This document shows, piece by piece, positions 23,531 through 35,973 of a stretch of DNA of 64,000 bases. Source of the DNA: Clarias gariepinus (Eukaryota); assembly GCF_024256425.1 (NCBI RefSeq), contig NC_071115.1, positions 12,590,746 to 12,654,745 on the forward strand, in the 5' to 3' direction. Positions within the stretch are counted from its first letter, which is position 1; every line of letters begins with the position of its first letter. The notes below the pieces were generated by a model. It had not been told where the DNA came from. It searched no databases and was given only the letters and a program-made list of their open reading frames with translations. A program made the translations under genes and the position numbers.

Positions 23531-24621
23531 ATGTGTGTATATATATTGTTTTATAGTATATATATGGATTTCACTTCACCTATGTATATACACTGTGCAT
23601 CTTTGATATAGGTCAGAATGGTGGCTTTCCTCACACTTCCAGGGTTGAGGGTTCAAATCTTTCATGTCCCATGCTTGGTGGGTTTCCAGCAGGTATACTG
23701 GTTTACTTGATTAGTCCAAAATAACTAAATAAATAAATAAAACGCACAATAAATTGATTGGTGTTCACATATTGCCACAGTGTTTGAAAAACAACTGGAA
23801 AAAAAAAATTGATTTACTTCTCATCTCCATCCACCATGTTGTTACTTTAATTTTTTAGCCTTAACTTCCTGTTTGAGGTTGACCACACCCCTTGTTACCC
23901 ACAGCCATGTTATTTTTATCAATCTGTGTGATAAGTTTCTTTTTTTAAAGACCCTTTGTTATGCTTCACAGACCTCACTTTAAGAGCCATGGTTCCACGT
24001 AATGCATATAAAGTATAATCTACTTCTAAAGCGTATAGATGAAATATTTTTTATAGTATTGAATTAAATTGCACAACAATGCTAAAGAATATTCTTATTG
24101 TATTCGTTGCCATAACATCTGTAAGAATACATGTACAATATTAAATTAGTGAACAAATATTTAAGAGCTGTGTGTGTGTTTATTCATAATTTTTTGCAAT
24201 GTGCTTTTTACATCATAAATACTGTACTTCAAGTAATGATAACCAGTTTCTCTGTCAGGCTTAATTCTACTGTTCTTAAATTTAAGTGGATCAGGATTAA
24301 CACGTAGTAACAATGTTACTCAAAAAACGTAGAGAAGACGTGAACTGCATGAAGAGCATGAACTGGATGATCTGTCTGTTTCAGGTGGTTAAGTCCACGC
24401 CCATACCTTGTCTGTCCTCCTCTGTTAAATAATTCACAGCTCAGTGTCAATAACTGCCCACCTGCTTGATCTCTCTCTCTTGCCACACACACACAAAGAA
24501 ACTGAGGGCACCAGTTAACAGACGACATTAAGACGGTGAACATCTCTTAGACCGAGTGGTTTTTCATTTGTTTAAAGAATATTATTTAATTGTTTGATTA
24601 TCAGAATATCTAAGCTGCAAA

Positions 24622-24675
24622 ATGTCAGGGCTCAACAGTGACCAGCTCCATCGCTCCACACTGGGAATATACACG
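24622..24675 (+). CDS. baiap2l2: BAI1-associated protein 2-like 2 (I-BAR/IMD domain protein), coding exon 1
   Basis: ATG at 24622. The translation MSGLNSDQLHRSTLGIYT aligns with human BAIAP2L2 MAPEMDQFYRSTMAIYKS. The donor is ACG|GTGAGT. Confidence 0.85.
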
Positions 24676-25214
24676 GTGAGTCTGAAAACCTCATGCTGAA
24701 AAATCCGTTCAAAGTGCTACTTTAGTGTTAATGTGTAATGTGTTCAGTTATTTTTGTTCAATCTGAGGAATACCTTTTAACTGAATGAACAAAAACTACA
24801 AGAAAGGGTGCACTTTTAGAAATAAAGGGCATATTTATGTTGCAGATAAAAAATATGTAATTAATATGTAATGTAATATGTAATTAAATATGTATTAAAT
24901 ATGTAATTAAACTGTTATTACTATCACTTTTAGAAATAAAGGGTGTACTTTTCCTTGTTTCTGGTGTGAAACCTTTAGCTTTTTTCACCTTGAATATACG
25001 TATAGAATATTGTGCACATAAAAAATATGTAATTAAACTGTTATTACTTTTAAAGTTGAGCTTTAAACATACATACACACTAATTTTATCATTCAAGTTG
25101 GTAAATGTTTCTAATATATATGCATTTAGCATTCTGAGAAATATTCAAACAAGGCAACAAGGAAATGTCTAATTTAGTATGGGCCGCTACTGACCAAGTG
25201 TGTGATAATAAGAG

Positions 25215-25216
<2 letters not shown>

Positions 25217-25262
<46 letters not shown>
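25217..25262. repeat. (TTA)n microsatellite in baiap2l2 intron 1
   Basis: Direct read. Confidence 0.95.
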
Positions 25263-25582
25263 GTAATTACTATTAATGTATTTATTTAACTACTAACAAA
25301 AAATGTTACCGACATTAAGAGTATTGTGATTTAGTGACCGTAATGAATGACTAAAACAGAAGGATTGTGTGAGCATTTTTATTTTCGATATACAAAAGTG
25401 TCCATTGTAAAATTATCTACAGTATATTCTATATTTAAAATGTTTTATGCCCATAAAATCTGTACAGTGCAGGTCTGGGTGAAGTGAGTTGGCTACCTGT
25501 TTGTTGAACTGTATATGAATTGTTGCAACTGAAAACTCATTCATATATAGAGCAAATAGAACTGTCTCTCTCTGTCTCTTAG

Positions 25583-25658
25583 ACCCTAATGGACCAGTTC
25601 AATCCCAGCCTGCAGAGGCTAGCGGCACTTGGTAATAACTACATTCAGGCTTTCCAAG
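25583..25658 (+). CDS. baiap2l2: baiap2l2 exon 2 (IMD)
   Basis: The acceptor is tctcttag|ACC. The translation TLMDQFNPSLQRLAALGNNYIQAFQ aligns with human IMEQFNPALENLVYLGNNYLRAFH. The donor is CAAG|GTAATG. The exon is 76 nt. Confidence 0.9.
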
Positions 25659-28460
25659 GTAATGAACTTGCTTTGACTGAGTGCTATATGAAAGCTGGGA
25701 GTATTGAGTAAAGTGGAAGGTGTGTGAGCGGGAAAGAAAGAGAAGAAGCTGAACTTTGGCTTAACAGTTCAAAAGTAGCCACTGTAACATGTGTTAACAG
25801 TTCACTAATATGACTAACAACAAGTAATAAAGATGCTTTGATTTACAGTACTGCGCAGAAGTCTTAAATCATTCCTCATTTCTTTATATTTTGCTTCCAA
25901 GAGCCAGACTTGGCACAGGTGCAGATGATAACAGATCATCAGGCCAGTAATTATTGAACTGGTGATGCTGAATGCTGAGTGGTTGGAACAGAGGAGAGGG
26001 GAAATGAGGTTGCTGCTGAGGTTGTTAAAAAAAACAACCAATTTTTTAAATTGGATCTTTAGTCACTTTAAAGCCTATTGCTTTGCCGAATATCTACTTC
26101 CATTTCTTATTTAATCTGCATAATTTAATTTAAGATAAAGAAATGAGGGGTGACTAAAGACTAGGGTTTACTGAGGAACAGCAACATAAATTACATAATG
26201 GTTAAATTAATCTGAACAAATAATGAACGTTTGTAAATAATGACATTTTTAAAGAACAGCATTTATTAATAACATTAAAGCCACAGTTTGAATAGAATCG
26301 TAATAAACGTGGTTGCAATTGCTAATTGAAAAAGTCCAACCCCCCAAAAACTGTTACAAATTATAAAATCAATTTTTTAAAATAAAAAGCTAGTTAAAGA
26401 AATAAAAAAATGATAATATTTAAATATCGTTAAAACTGTTTTTTTTTTTTTTTTTGAAATTTTCATATTATTTTCATAATATGATTTCAAGAAATATTTT
26501 CATATTTTCATATTTTGTAAAATTTTATGAAACAACAAATATATAACTGTGGATTATATGTGAACCTAATTTTTACATTTTAAATGTAAATTTGTGCATA
26601 TTTTAAAAAACACTCTAGTTCTGATCACTCTGATCACTAAGTTCAGGTGATATTTTTATTACCAATTGTTTGAAAAAGAGCAATTAACCTGACTGAATGA
26701 TTGTACTGTATTATCAGCAAAAAATTACATAAAAAAATTGTATGAGTTGAAATATGTGTCTTCATTAAAATACCTCTTTTATTTTAAATAAAACAAGCAA
26801 TGTCTGGATTGCATTCAAATCGTGCAGTATGTTAACTGCACAATTATCATTTATACACTACCCTTTCTCATGACTTCATTTTGTAAGTTTTACTGCTAAA
26901 CAAGATAAATCCGTTTTGGCAGTTTTAAGAAAAACATTTTGTTTTGTTTTTTGCAAATGATGCAAAAAGTATTACTAACTGATAGAGATTATTTTGTGCA
27001 TGTTTTCTTTGAGTCACAAGGGAGTTAAAATCACAAATAAATAAATACAGTACTGGGATAGGTTACTGTCTAAAAAACAATTGATCAAAATATTCAACCA
27101 AATGTATCAATATGCTTTGCCTTAATTAATCATTGGAACAATTATGTAAAACTATTGTTCTGGGGTTATAGCTAAGTGTTACAGCATTTACAGCATTTGC
27201 TTGCAGCTCGATACCTCTGGTTCAAATCTGGGTGCCCGCTGTCAACTTTCTTTCACATCTGAATAACACTCTGCTTTGTTAATACAATCATGCAAATAAA
27301 AAAAGATATGGCTTAAAAAACAATCAAAACTATAACAATAAGTTCTGAAAACATCCATAAATATTTAATGCATTAATTACCTGGGGCAGTACTGACTCAA
27401 AAGGTTAAGGCTCAGTTTTACTGATTGGTCCCCAGCAATGCCAGTCTGTAGAGCCCTTGAGCAAGGCTCTTAACCATGTGTGCCAGTGGTCATGTAAACT
27501 GGCTAAATCTGTAAAAAAATCATTTTACTTTGCTGTAAGGTACATGTGACAAATAATTGAATCTTCATTATTTTCTTTTTAATGGAAAAATATTATCCAA
27601 AATAGTTGTAGGCATGTCAGTCTAATTGCTGTTTTATTTTGCTATAAATCCCACTCTCACAGTTTGGCAAAACTGATAAATCCGCTTGGAGATGTGTTTG
27701 TGATAATATAAATATGCAATTTAGTATTAACAATATCATAATATGAGTTGTATTTTAAAATATATTTATCAAACTCGTTCTTCTGTTGTGTTTTAGTGTC
27801 ATACTGACAGTAATCTAGAATAAGATTGAAAAAGGGTTGCATTTTTTGCACACAAAACATTTTTGCTAACAAAGTTTCTGAAAGTCATGAGAAACATTAA
27901 AAAAAGAGCAAAAAGTTTATAGATTAAAATGAGTCATCAGCACCTCTACTATTTCGGTAGCTGATGGCAGAACTTTCTATCAGTTTCTATCAGTCCATGA
28001 GTGCTGGCAAAACTTCAATGGAACTAAGAGACAGTAAACAACTTTTTTTCCTGGCTTCAACATTCTCCAAAAATACAATGAGCGCTTTATTTAATTAACA
28101 GCAATGACAACTTTGTATGATAATTTTGCTTGATGACAAATAAAAAAAGTGATAATTTGTCTGTTTTCCCTCTTTCTTTTTTTTTTTTTTACTGTATTTC
28201 TTTTGCTATAAAATTTGGCTGTTCATTGTGGCATAAAAATATGTATGCTTAAAGCTTGTGAAAGTATATTGCTTTTTAGGAAAGGGAAGAAATGGTTATA
28301 GACAACATTTTGTGCTTAAGGGAAAAAATTGTGAGAAGGGGAAGTCTGAAAATAGCATTTGTCATGTCATGCAATAAAACACCTTAGGTAGTAATTTTTT
28401 TCTTGTAGGTTATGTTTAAGTTTATATGCTAATAGTGCACTTTGTATGTTTGTACTGTAG

Positions 28461-28547
28461 CTCTAGCTGAAACCAGCGAAACCTACTTTAGTGCTCTTGG
28501 TAAGATGGGTGAACAGGCCCTGCAGACCATGTCATCCCATTTACTAG
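28461..28547 (+). CDS. baiap2l2: baiap2l2 exon 3 (IMD)
   Basis: The acceptor is tgtactgtag|CT. The translation ALAETSETYFSALGKMGEQALQTMSSHLL aligns with human ALSEAAEVYFSAIQKIGERALQSPTSQIL. The donor is CTAG|GTAAGT. The exon is 87 nt. Confidence 0.9.
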
Positions 28548-30537
28548 GTAAGTTATCAGTATTGTTTTCTTTCCATGTTGCTAAGCAATGCTGTACACAG
28601 TAAAGTATTTTACATAATGAAGTGAACTGGTGTCCACATTGGACAGCTGCCACACTGTAATCTTCCTAAAGCCTAATTGACTGACCTAGTGGACTGGGTG
28701 GGGACTGGTGCTTGTTTGAGGTATTAGTTGTCAAAACCCAAAAGGCCACTGAGCTTTTAGGGTGCGTTTTCTCACTGCACACGATTTCTCCCCCTCCCTA
28801 ATCCCCTCTATATGGAATAAGATCACTGTTAAGTGATAATATTCGTGCGTAATCCATAGTATGGAATAAAATCACTGTCAAAAATATTCGTGCGTAAAAA
28901 AAGATTTGTGTGTAATTCTGTCTTTTGTCTGTGTCAGAGTCGTATATTTCAGAGTTTTATTGTAACAAACACACAAAATCTTGTATCTGTAAGCTGTCAT
29001 GCCGTAGATTTTGGAATCCAACTAAGACAAAAGACAGAATTACACATAACAAGAATTACCTTGTTATGTGTAGCTTATTAAACTTGGCTGCTGTGCTGAA
29101 ACTATTGAACGTGAAACCTCACACTGCATCAATGTTTTAACATGTTTAACATGTTTTGCTTGCAGTGTGTTTATACTGTATTTTTGAAAATAAAGGTATA
29201 CTGTAAAATCTATGATGTGTGGATGATTTGGAATAGAGACAGAATACTGGTTAGAGTGCAAAATGGTTTATTAAAAATTATTTAAGTAAAATATAATTCA
29301 AGCAAGTGTTGTAACAGAAAAATTTACACATTAAAATGTTTCGAAAAGTGAGATTTCATCTAGGCAACAAGAGTCTCCTGCTCTTGCACGTCAGGTCTCG
29401 CCTCTTTCTTCTGTTGTTAGCTGGTCTTGTGCTACTGTCAGAGGTCTCAGCCTGTGTCTCCTTCAGTACCTGTCTGCAAGAAAGTATTAAAGTAAGAGAT
29501 TAGCTGAAGGTTGCCACCATAACAGCTTGTACAAATATAATTCTTCCAACATCCAAATTTTGTCAGAGCAATCACAGATAACCTGAAATTGTGTGTAAAG
29601 CTTATGTGGATCATCAGCATCTTAATTTTCATAAATGTCTCTTAGATGTGCTGGAGTTTATATATAAAATGAGTAAGTACCTGTAACTCTAATAGCTAAA
29701 TAAGCACAACACTTAAGTTTATCACATTTTACTCTTTTGGCAGAGAATTTTTCTAAAACCTTAAAATAAGCAGACATGAGTAATTAATTTTGTTGTGAGC
29801 TAATATGAAAGGATCATCCTGTACATCTTATTATATGCATTTAAAATGTCACCACAAGATCCACAGACAATACCAGGAAATGTCGTGATAATATGAGACT
29901 CTCTTTATCAGCGTCAATAAATTTAGTATTTAATATTAACTTACTGCTCGCTCGCAGGCTCTCTGCTGGACCAGGCTCCACGCTGTTCGGTTCGGATGAT
30001 AAAGGTAGATGGTGTTGTGGGACAGTGGGGTTCTGATTCGATCTTACTGGATGTTTTTTTATCATATTGTTTATCTTTTCCACACTTCAGTATTGCACGC
30101 ACACTGTGCTACTCGAGCTGCAGTTTGTTTAACTCTGCATTCTGCTGCTACAAGTGTGCTCAGAAACGGTTCCCGAACCCCAGTGAGAAAACGCCCTTAA
30201 ATAGCACATGCAAACACTCTACTGAGCTTTGAGTCTTTATTGTTGCTATTAGCTTTGTGGCTTTCACACATACTGATAGAGAGCACATTTTATTATTTAC
30301 TTGGCACCATTTTCTAAATCTTTCCTCCTATATGGGGAAACACACAGATAGAGAGATAGATAGATAGAGAGAGAAACGAGACACAAGTGTATGTGTGTAC
30401 ATTTCAGTGTTGTGCTATCAGGTAATGGAGGTGATTCTACAATCATAAATTATAAATAATATCTAACCAACAGCTGTGACCTCACAGTCACAGCTGTTGG
30501 TTAGATATAAAGTCTCACCACACCAGAGATAAATGCC

Positions 30538-30539
<2 letters not shown>

Positions 30540-30584
<45 letters not shown>
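30540..30584. repeat. (CA)n microsatellite about 70 bp upstream of the baiap2l2 exon 4 acceptor
   Basis: Direct read. Confidence 0.95.
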
Positions 30585-30587
<3 letters not shown>

Positions 30588-30651
30588 TATTAATTTCTAA
30601 TACTATAATATTATTAATTTGTGTATGAATGTGCAATGTTTGCATTGATAG

Positions 30652-30713
30652 GTGACATACTAATACAGATTTCTGAGAGTCAGAGAAGACTTACCAGTGA
30701 ACTGTCAGGTGTG
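30652..30713 (+). CDS. baiap2l2: baiap2l2 exon 4 (IMD)
   Basis: The acceptor is attgatag|GT. The translation GDILIQISESQRRLTSELSGV aligns with human GEILVQMSDTQRHLNSDLEVV. Of two candidate donors 5 nt apart (30709 and 30714), only GTG|GTAAGT at 30714 keeps the frame. Confidence 0.8.
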
Positions 30714-30793
30714 GTAAGTTTCTTTCTTTTACAGTTACTAAACTGGGTTAAAACACTGGGTACTTCATTAAGTTTATCTCTAAAGTGTACATT

Positions 30794-30837
30794 GGGGGTG
30801 GGGGGGGGGGGGGGTGTTGGGGGGATGAGGGGGGTGG
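30794..30837. repeat. G-rich homopolymeric tract (G5TG18TGTTG6ATGAG6TGG) in baiap2l2 intron 4
   Basis: Direct read. Confidence 0.95.
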
Positions 30838-31134
30838 AATAGACAAAAAGCATCCATAAATCAATCCATCAAGAATTCCAAAAATGGAAGGTTCCACTCT
30901 TGTCACTGAAGCAAAAAAAAAAAAAAAAATAGGCGGTTTCACATACATTTTAATAGGAGAGGCATACCAAAACAATATCCTTCCAAAAAGTGCAGGTAAA
31001 TAGCATAAAATAATTTAGTTTATATAAAAGCACCAAATTAAAATTGCTTGCTGATCACAATTAATAGAGAAAGCCAACCACTTTATAATTGTTTATAACA
31101 GTTAGTAATATTAATTTATCATTATGATATGAGG

Positions 31135-31192
31135 TGGCATGGTGGTGTAGTGGTTAGAGGTAGAGTGGTAGAGGGTTTGATTCCTGCCATGG

Positions 31193-31231
<39 letters not shown>

Positions 31232-31400
31232 TGGAGTGCACATGCAGGTTGTGCTGTGTGTCTGGTTGTCTCTGTGTGCTGGGTGGGTTTCCTCTGGGTA
31301 ATCCAGTTTCCTCCTGCAGTCCAAATACATGCAAATTAGGTTCAGTGTGTGTGAATGTGCCCTACGCCTCTTGCCTAAGAGAATAGGTGGGAGTGTACTG
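31135..31400 (+). mobile_element. tRNA-derived teleost SINE copy with internal (GT)n expansion, in baiap2l2 intron 4
   Basis: The sequence ggcatggtggtgtagtggttagagg...gtttgattcctgccatgggtttgtgtgtgt...ggtgggtttcctctgggtaatccagtttcctcctgcagtccaaatacatgcaaattagg... matches the family. Confidence 0.7.
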
Positions 31401-31741
31401 TCTGGTTTTGATTATTTGGGCGCGGTTACATCTGCCTGTAAATTAAGCCAACACAGTTCTTCTTTTTTTTTAAATCATAACTGCTTTGTATATTTAATTT
31501 ACATTTCATATTTTGTTTGATTTGTGCAAAAAAGGTCAGAATAAAAAGGTAGAAGTACTATACTAAACCATACCCGTCTGTAAATAGTAACAACGATGAT
31601 TTATAATTTTACTCATTTCAATCATTTTATATTTACTTTTCAAATATACTTCCTTAATTGTAATTTAGACCGTACAGTAATTCATACTGATTTTGTCACA
31701 ATATATTGTCTCAGTGTGGTATTGTGTCACTTGTATTTTAG

Positions 31742-31813
31742 TTTCACTGGTTCCATAACGAAGTCCTTCATGAAATGGAAAACAACAGCAGACTGGATAA
31801 AAACTACATATTT
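31742..31813 (+). CDS. baiap2l2: baiap2l2 exon 5 (IMD)
   Basis: The acceptor is tattttag|TTT. The translation FHWFHNEVLHEMENNSRLDKNYIF aligns with human FHGGLLQHMEKNTKLDMQFIK. The donor is TTT|GTCAGT. The exon is 72 nt. Confidence 0.8.
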
Positions 31814-31905
31814 GTCAGTAACAGTTCTTAACAGCATTAAAATCTATTAAAAAAACATTTAAACAATATGTGTAACTTACTTATGATGCCATATCGTTTC
31901 CACAG

Positions 31906-31986
31906 GACAGTAAGAGGTGCTATGAGATGGAGGTGAGGAACCAGGCAATGGTTCTGGAGAGACAGCTTAGGAGAGGGGGTTCACAG
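31906..31986 (+). CDS. baiap2l2: baiap2l2 exon 6 (IMD)
   Basis: The acceptor is ttccacag|GAC. The translation DSKRCYEMEVRNQAMVLERQLRRGGSQ aligns with human DSRQHYELEYRHRAANLEKCMSEL. The donor is CAG|GTGAGA. The exon is 81 nt. Confidence 0.8.
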
Positions 31987-32110
31987 GTGAGACGGTATGT
32001 TGGTTTGTGAGGCAGTCAGGTACAAGCAGAGGAGATGTGATAAGGCTGGTGTTGGCATATAAGTGTGAGAAGAAAGATGATAATAATACCAATAATGTGG
32101 GTGTGTGTAG

Positions 32111-32242
32111 GATGCTAATGGATATGTGCAGTTCCTGAGGGAAAGCCATAGAGAGGCCCTGAAAGAACAAGAGAGAAGATATCGTTTTTTGGCTGAGAAA
32201 CACTGCGGACTCACTCAGTCCATTGTGTATCTCATGAACAAG
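32111..32242 (+). CDS. baiap2l2: baiap2l2 exon 7 (IMD)
   Basis: The acceptor is gtgtgtag|GAT. The translation DANGYVQFLRESHREALKEQERRYRFLAEKHCGLTQSIVYLMNK aligns with human ...AELEEKRRYRFLAEKHLLLSNTFLQFFGR. The donor is AAG|GTAAAA. The exon is 132 nt. Confidence 0.85.
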
Positions 32243-34015
32243 GTAAAACTTTTTTGACTTTGTGAGCAATATATCTCGATCAAGGGATTTTACACAGTAT
32301 TTCCCGAGTATCATGTAGAAAACTCTGATAAAGTTTTTTTTAAATCTAATTAAGTTTTCTCTAAATAAACAGTTGAAGTTTATTGGGAAGTTTTACGAAT
32401 TAATGTCCTACATTGCTATAAAACATTGTTTAACATAAATTTGTCTCAAAAATGACATTTCGTGGGTCTGGCAATTTCGGTATCTTTGATCAGGGATAGA
32501 TAAAATACTGAAAAGTATTCTTAATTGAAAGAATGGATTATTTAATAGATTATTTTAAAAATGAAAACATCCATCCAACTGAAAGAAAAAAAAATGCTTT
32601 TTTTAAATGTGCTCATATTTTTTTAAATGTTTTAAATTTTTCATTCTTAAATCAACCATGCAATTTTTCCACAAAAAATATTAATAATATCAGTCATTGT
32701 AGTTTTGCCAATCATGAGCACACCAAGTCTTTGTTATAAGCTAGTAGATGACTAGCCAAATATGTTCGCTACTGGAATTGATTTCAGTTTAAGCTGCTAT
32801 TTGCACAGCAACAAATTAGCCATGTCAGCAAAACTTACCTCAGGCTACTCAGGCAATATCACTCCCAAAGTTGTCTTTTGTTTTGAATATTAGCCCGGAT
32901 GCCAAACCTATGACTGAAGCCATGCTGATATTCAGCACAACAGAATGACCACAAGTGTGATATTGCTTTTATACAACAATTCTACAAATGTCATTTATTA
33001 TCAACAGTTTATGATTTGTTTGTTAATTTAACCAGTTATCCTTTAATGACTGGCAGAATTAGTGTTTACCTGTCAACCTACAATTAGTGGCCGACAGTTA
33101 GTGTAATTAACATGGATAAAAGTACTGTGGTTGACCGTGGTATTGAGGTGGTGGACTGTCCTGAGGAACCTATCAAAATGTTTTTTTTTTCATTTAAGAA
33201 TATCAACTAATTTCTGGGTCCTGGTTTTAAATCTCAAATAACATTAAATGGAAAGCTATGGTGTACAATTCCTGGATCAGGGGTTAGAAAGGGATTTGGG
33301 ATTCAGCCTCGTGTTAGAAGCTTGTTAGTTTGTAGTTTGTGTTAGCCATAAACCAAAAACACAAATGGTTAAGAGGCAATTCCGAACAAGTTAGAAGAGT
33401 TATTTAAGATAACATAATGTTATGAGATGCGTTTTCTTGCAAAAAGTGCTTATGTGACTAGTTTTAAATGTGAGTTTTGGCAGGCAGTTGCTCTCCCCTC
33501 TTTCAAATACTGAGAACCAAACTGACTTACTTTCAATGCTGGTAACTGTCAGTTAGTGTAATTAATGATTGTTAGATTGATAACATACATAGTTAAACGT
33601 GCTAGTGCTTTTATGATCTATATCAGCACTTGTGCAATTAAGATTACTCGATCGAAACTATCTGTTGTGTAATGTTTACTATTCTATAGATCTCATTACT
33701 GTACATAAGAATATAATAATGAAAGATTTAAAATTGTCACAATTCATGATATTTGTTTCTACAATGATAAACTTCATTTGAAGCACCCTGGAATGACTGG
33801 ATGAGCACACTGAGCCCATTCATTTACTGTGTAACATACAGTCATTGGTTGCATGACAGGAGAGAAGAAAAGGAATTCATGGCTGGTAATGAGTACTTTG
33901 AAAGTCCACTTAAGTATGGTGTTTGAGTATGGTAATGAAGAACCGCTGCCACTTCTACCTTTTAATCTCTCAACGTTTATCTGAGCAAAAGGGCAGAACT
34001 GTGTTTATCCTTTAG

Positions 34016-34108
34016 ACAGGGAACACCCTGAAGCAGAAAGCAGAAGGTTGGAGAGAGCAAGTGAATCAGTCAAGGGGGTCACGTCCAGGCAGACAGGAAG
34101 ACATGATG
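34016..34108 (+). CDS. baiap2l2: baiap2l2 exon 8
   Basis: The acceptor is tcctttag|ACA. The translation TGNTLKQKAEGWREQVNQSRGSRPGRQEDMM aligns with human ARGMLQNRVLLWKEQSEASRSPSRAHSPG. The donor is ATG|GTAAGA. The exon is 93 nt. Confidence 0.8.
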
Positions 34109-34199
34109 GTAAGAAGCTTTAAAAAATTTTATCAGTCTAAATTTCATATATTTAAATGGACAGATGTTGCTCATGTTGTTGCTTTGCTCATTTTTTCAG

Positions 34200-34257
34200 G
34201 CTGAGGATCAAAGTCAATTTTGGGCAGAACAGCCCCTAGGCAGAGTGCCTTCTAGAG
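34200..34257 (+). CDS. baiap2l2: baiap2l2 exon 9
   Basis: The acceptor is ttttttcag|GCT. The translation is AEDQSQFWAEQPLGRVPSR. The donor is AGAG|GTGAGA. The exon is 58 nt and ends in phase 1, consistent with exon 10. Confidence 0.7.
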
Positions 34258-34368
34258 GTGAGAGTTCGGAGCACAAGCAAAAATAATAATAATAATAAAA
34301 AAAACCAGTGTTTAACATTACTTACTAATAATGCCTTAATTCCTGTCTGTCTGCTCCTCCCTTTTTAG

Positions 34369-34576
34369 GGCCATCCCCCCAACCGACTCGATCCCGCTCC
34401 AACTCACTTGGAGAAACTCGTGGACCAGGTGGCAGTAGGATGATGCGAGCATTAGTTCCACACCCCCCCTCTTCGAATTCCACCCTATTGCCATTCTCTA
34501 AAGGAGAAACCATTACAGTACTTGTGCCAGAGCCTCGAAATGGCTGGCTGTACGGTTGTTCTGAGAGTTCAGCACG
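34369..34576 (+). CDS. baiap2l2: baiap2l2 exon 10 (SH3 domain)
   Basis: The acceptor is cctttttag|GG. The translation ...SRMMRALVPHPPSSNSTLLPFSKGETITVLVPEPRNGWLYGCSESSAR aligns with the human SH3 domain RRVRALVSHSEGANHTLLRFSAGDVVEVLVPEAQNGWLYGKLEGSSAS. The donor is CACG|GTGAGG. The exon is 208 nt. Confidence 0.9.
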
Positions 34577-35679
34577 GTGAGGAGAGATGATTTAACTGAA
34601 AAAATATTCAAATGTTAAATATTTACCTACAACATCATGTCACCAAATGTCTTTATTCATATTTTTTCAAATTAAAGAATACCATCTATTTTTACTTAAA
34701 AACTCAGCCATAACACTAAAAATATTATCATTTAAACCTCTTGTGCCATTGGGGCAGATCTGACTCCTTACAGCATGGCTTTGAAGAGCCTCTAGTGATG
34801 TGTTGTGTTGGCTGTTGCCAGCACAGTTGCAGGGCATCCTTTGGGTGCTGTCAGTTGCAGGGTTGGATTCTCTGTGGCTCAGACTTGTTTGTCTCACACA
34901 TTGGGCTCTTTGCTGCTGGGCCCTGTGTGTGGCACGCTGTGGTGTTCTGGGTATTCTGGTGTCTTACTTTCAAAAAAGCATTGGCTTTTTTGCTAATTTG
35001 TGCTGCATTGGCTTTTCTGTGGGATTAGATCAATCTGGCCTTTGGTCCCCATGTGCATAGGTAAGCCTTGGGTTCCCATAATCCTGTCACAGCTTTGCTG
35101 GTGTATTATTGGAAACCAGTGTTGCTCAGGTCACCTGTTAGTGAACGTAATGTTATATAATGTAATAAACCAATATAACATAAGGGTTGGTCATTGTTAA
35201 AACAGCTATAAACAGTCAGTCCCTCAACAAAAAAAAAAGGAAATAAAAGAAAAAAAATCATCTTGTGTAGTTATTAAGAAACAGAACAGTACTAAAACCC
35301 ATAACAGAAATCGTCAAATGTTACAGATTTAAATCTCATCACTGGAAAATGCTGACTCTTCCATAAATTTAATAGACATTGCTTTAAAGAAAGCTTCACC
35401 ATATAAATAATGGTACTTATGATTATCATGAATGATTGAAAGATTATAATTATAATATTTTTTTTATATAGATTTGTGAATCTGTGCATTTTGAGTTATA
35501 GAGAATAATAGAAAAAATGTAGCAAGCTGTTACAGAAAATTAATCAACACTTTCTGATTAATCAGAAAAAAAACTTCCACAATGTTGTGGTATACTGATT
35601 AGCAAGGTAAAATTTACATGCTATAGCAATAGGTTACTGTATGTGTGATGCAATTATGCTTGTGTATGTTTATTTTTAG

Positions 35680-35745
35680 ACAAGGCTGGTTCCCAGCTGC
35701 ATATATCGGTCCAATGGAGGACACATCTTGGCTGCCTGACCACGG
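35680..35745 (+). CDS. baiap2l2: baiap2l2 exon 11 (SH3 C-terminus)
   Basis: The acceptor is tatttttag|A. The translation (R)QGWFPAAYIGPMEDTSWLPDH aligns with human GWFPEAYVKALEEGP. The donor is CACGG|GTGAGC. The exon is 66 nt. Confidence 0.85.
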
Positions 35746-35822
35746 GTGAGCCAATATCTCACTTGCAAATAACACAGACATTGTCATTTTTTTTTGTTCC
35801 TGACTTTTGACTTCTCTTTCAG

Positions 35823-35973
35823 CACTGGCTCACTTAGAAGCAGTAGTAGCATGGACAACCTTCTTGACCAACCATCTGGCAACAGAACAAATGCACCTCC
35901 GCCTCCTCCACCACCTCCTTCAAGCAAATCGAGCGGCTCGCGTTCAGTCACACCCACTTCTTTTGAGAATAAA
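35823..35973 (+). CDS. baiap2l2: baiap2l2 exon 12 (Pro-rich linker)
   Basis: The acceptor is tctctttcag|C. The translation is GTGSLRSSSSMDNLLDQPSGNRTNAPPPPPPPSSKSSGSRSVTPTSFENK; human has ...SHSLDDLLDRPGNS...PAPPPLPSS... The donor is AAA|GTAAGT. The exon is 151 nt. Confidence 0.75.
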
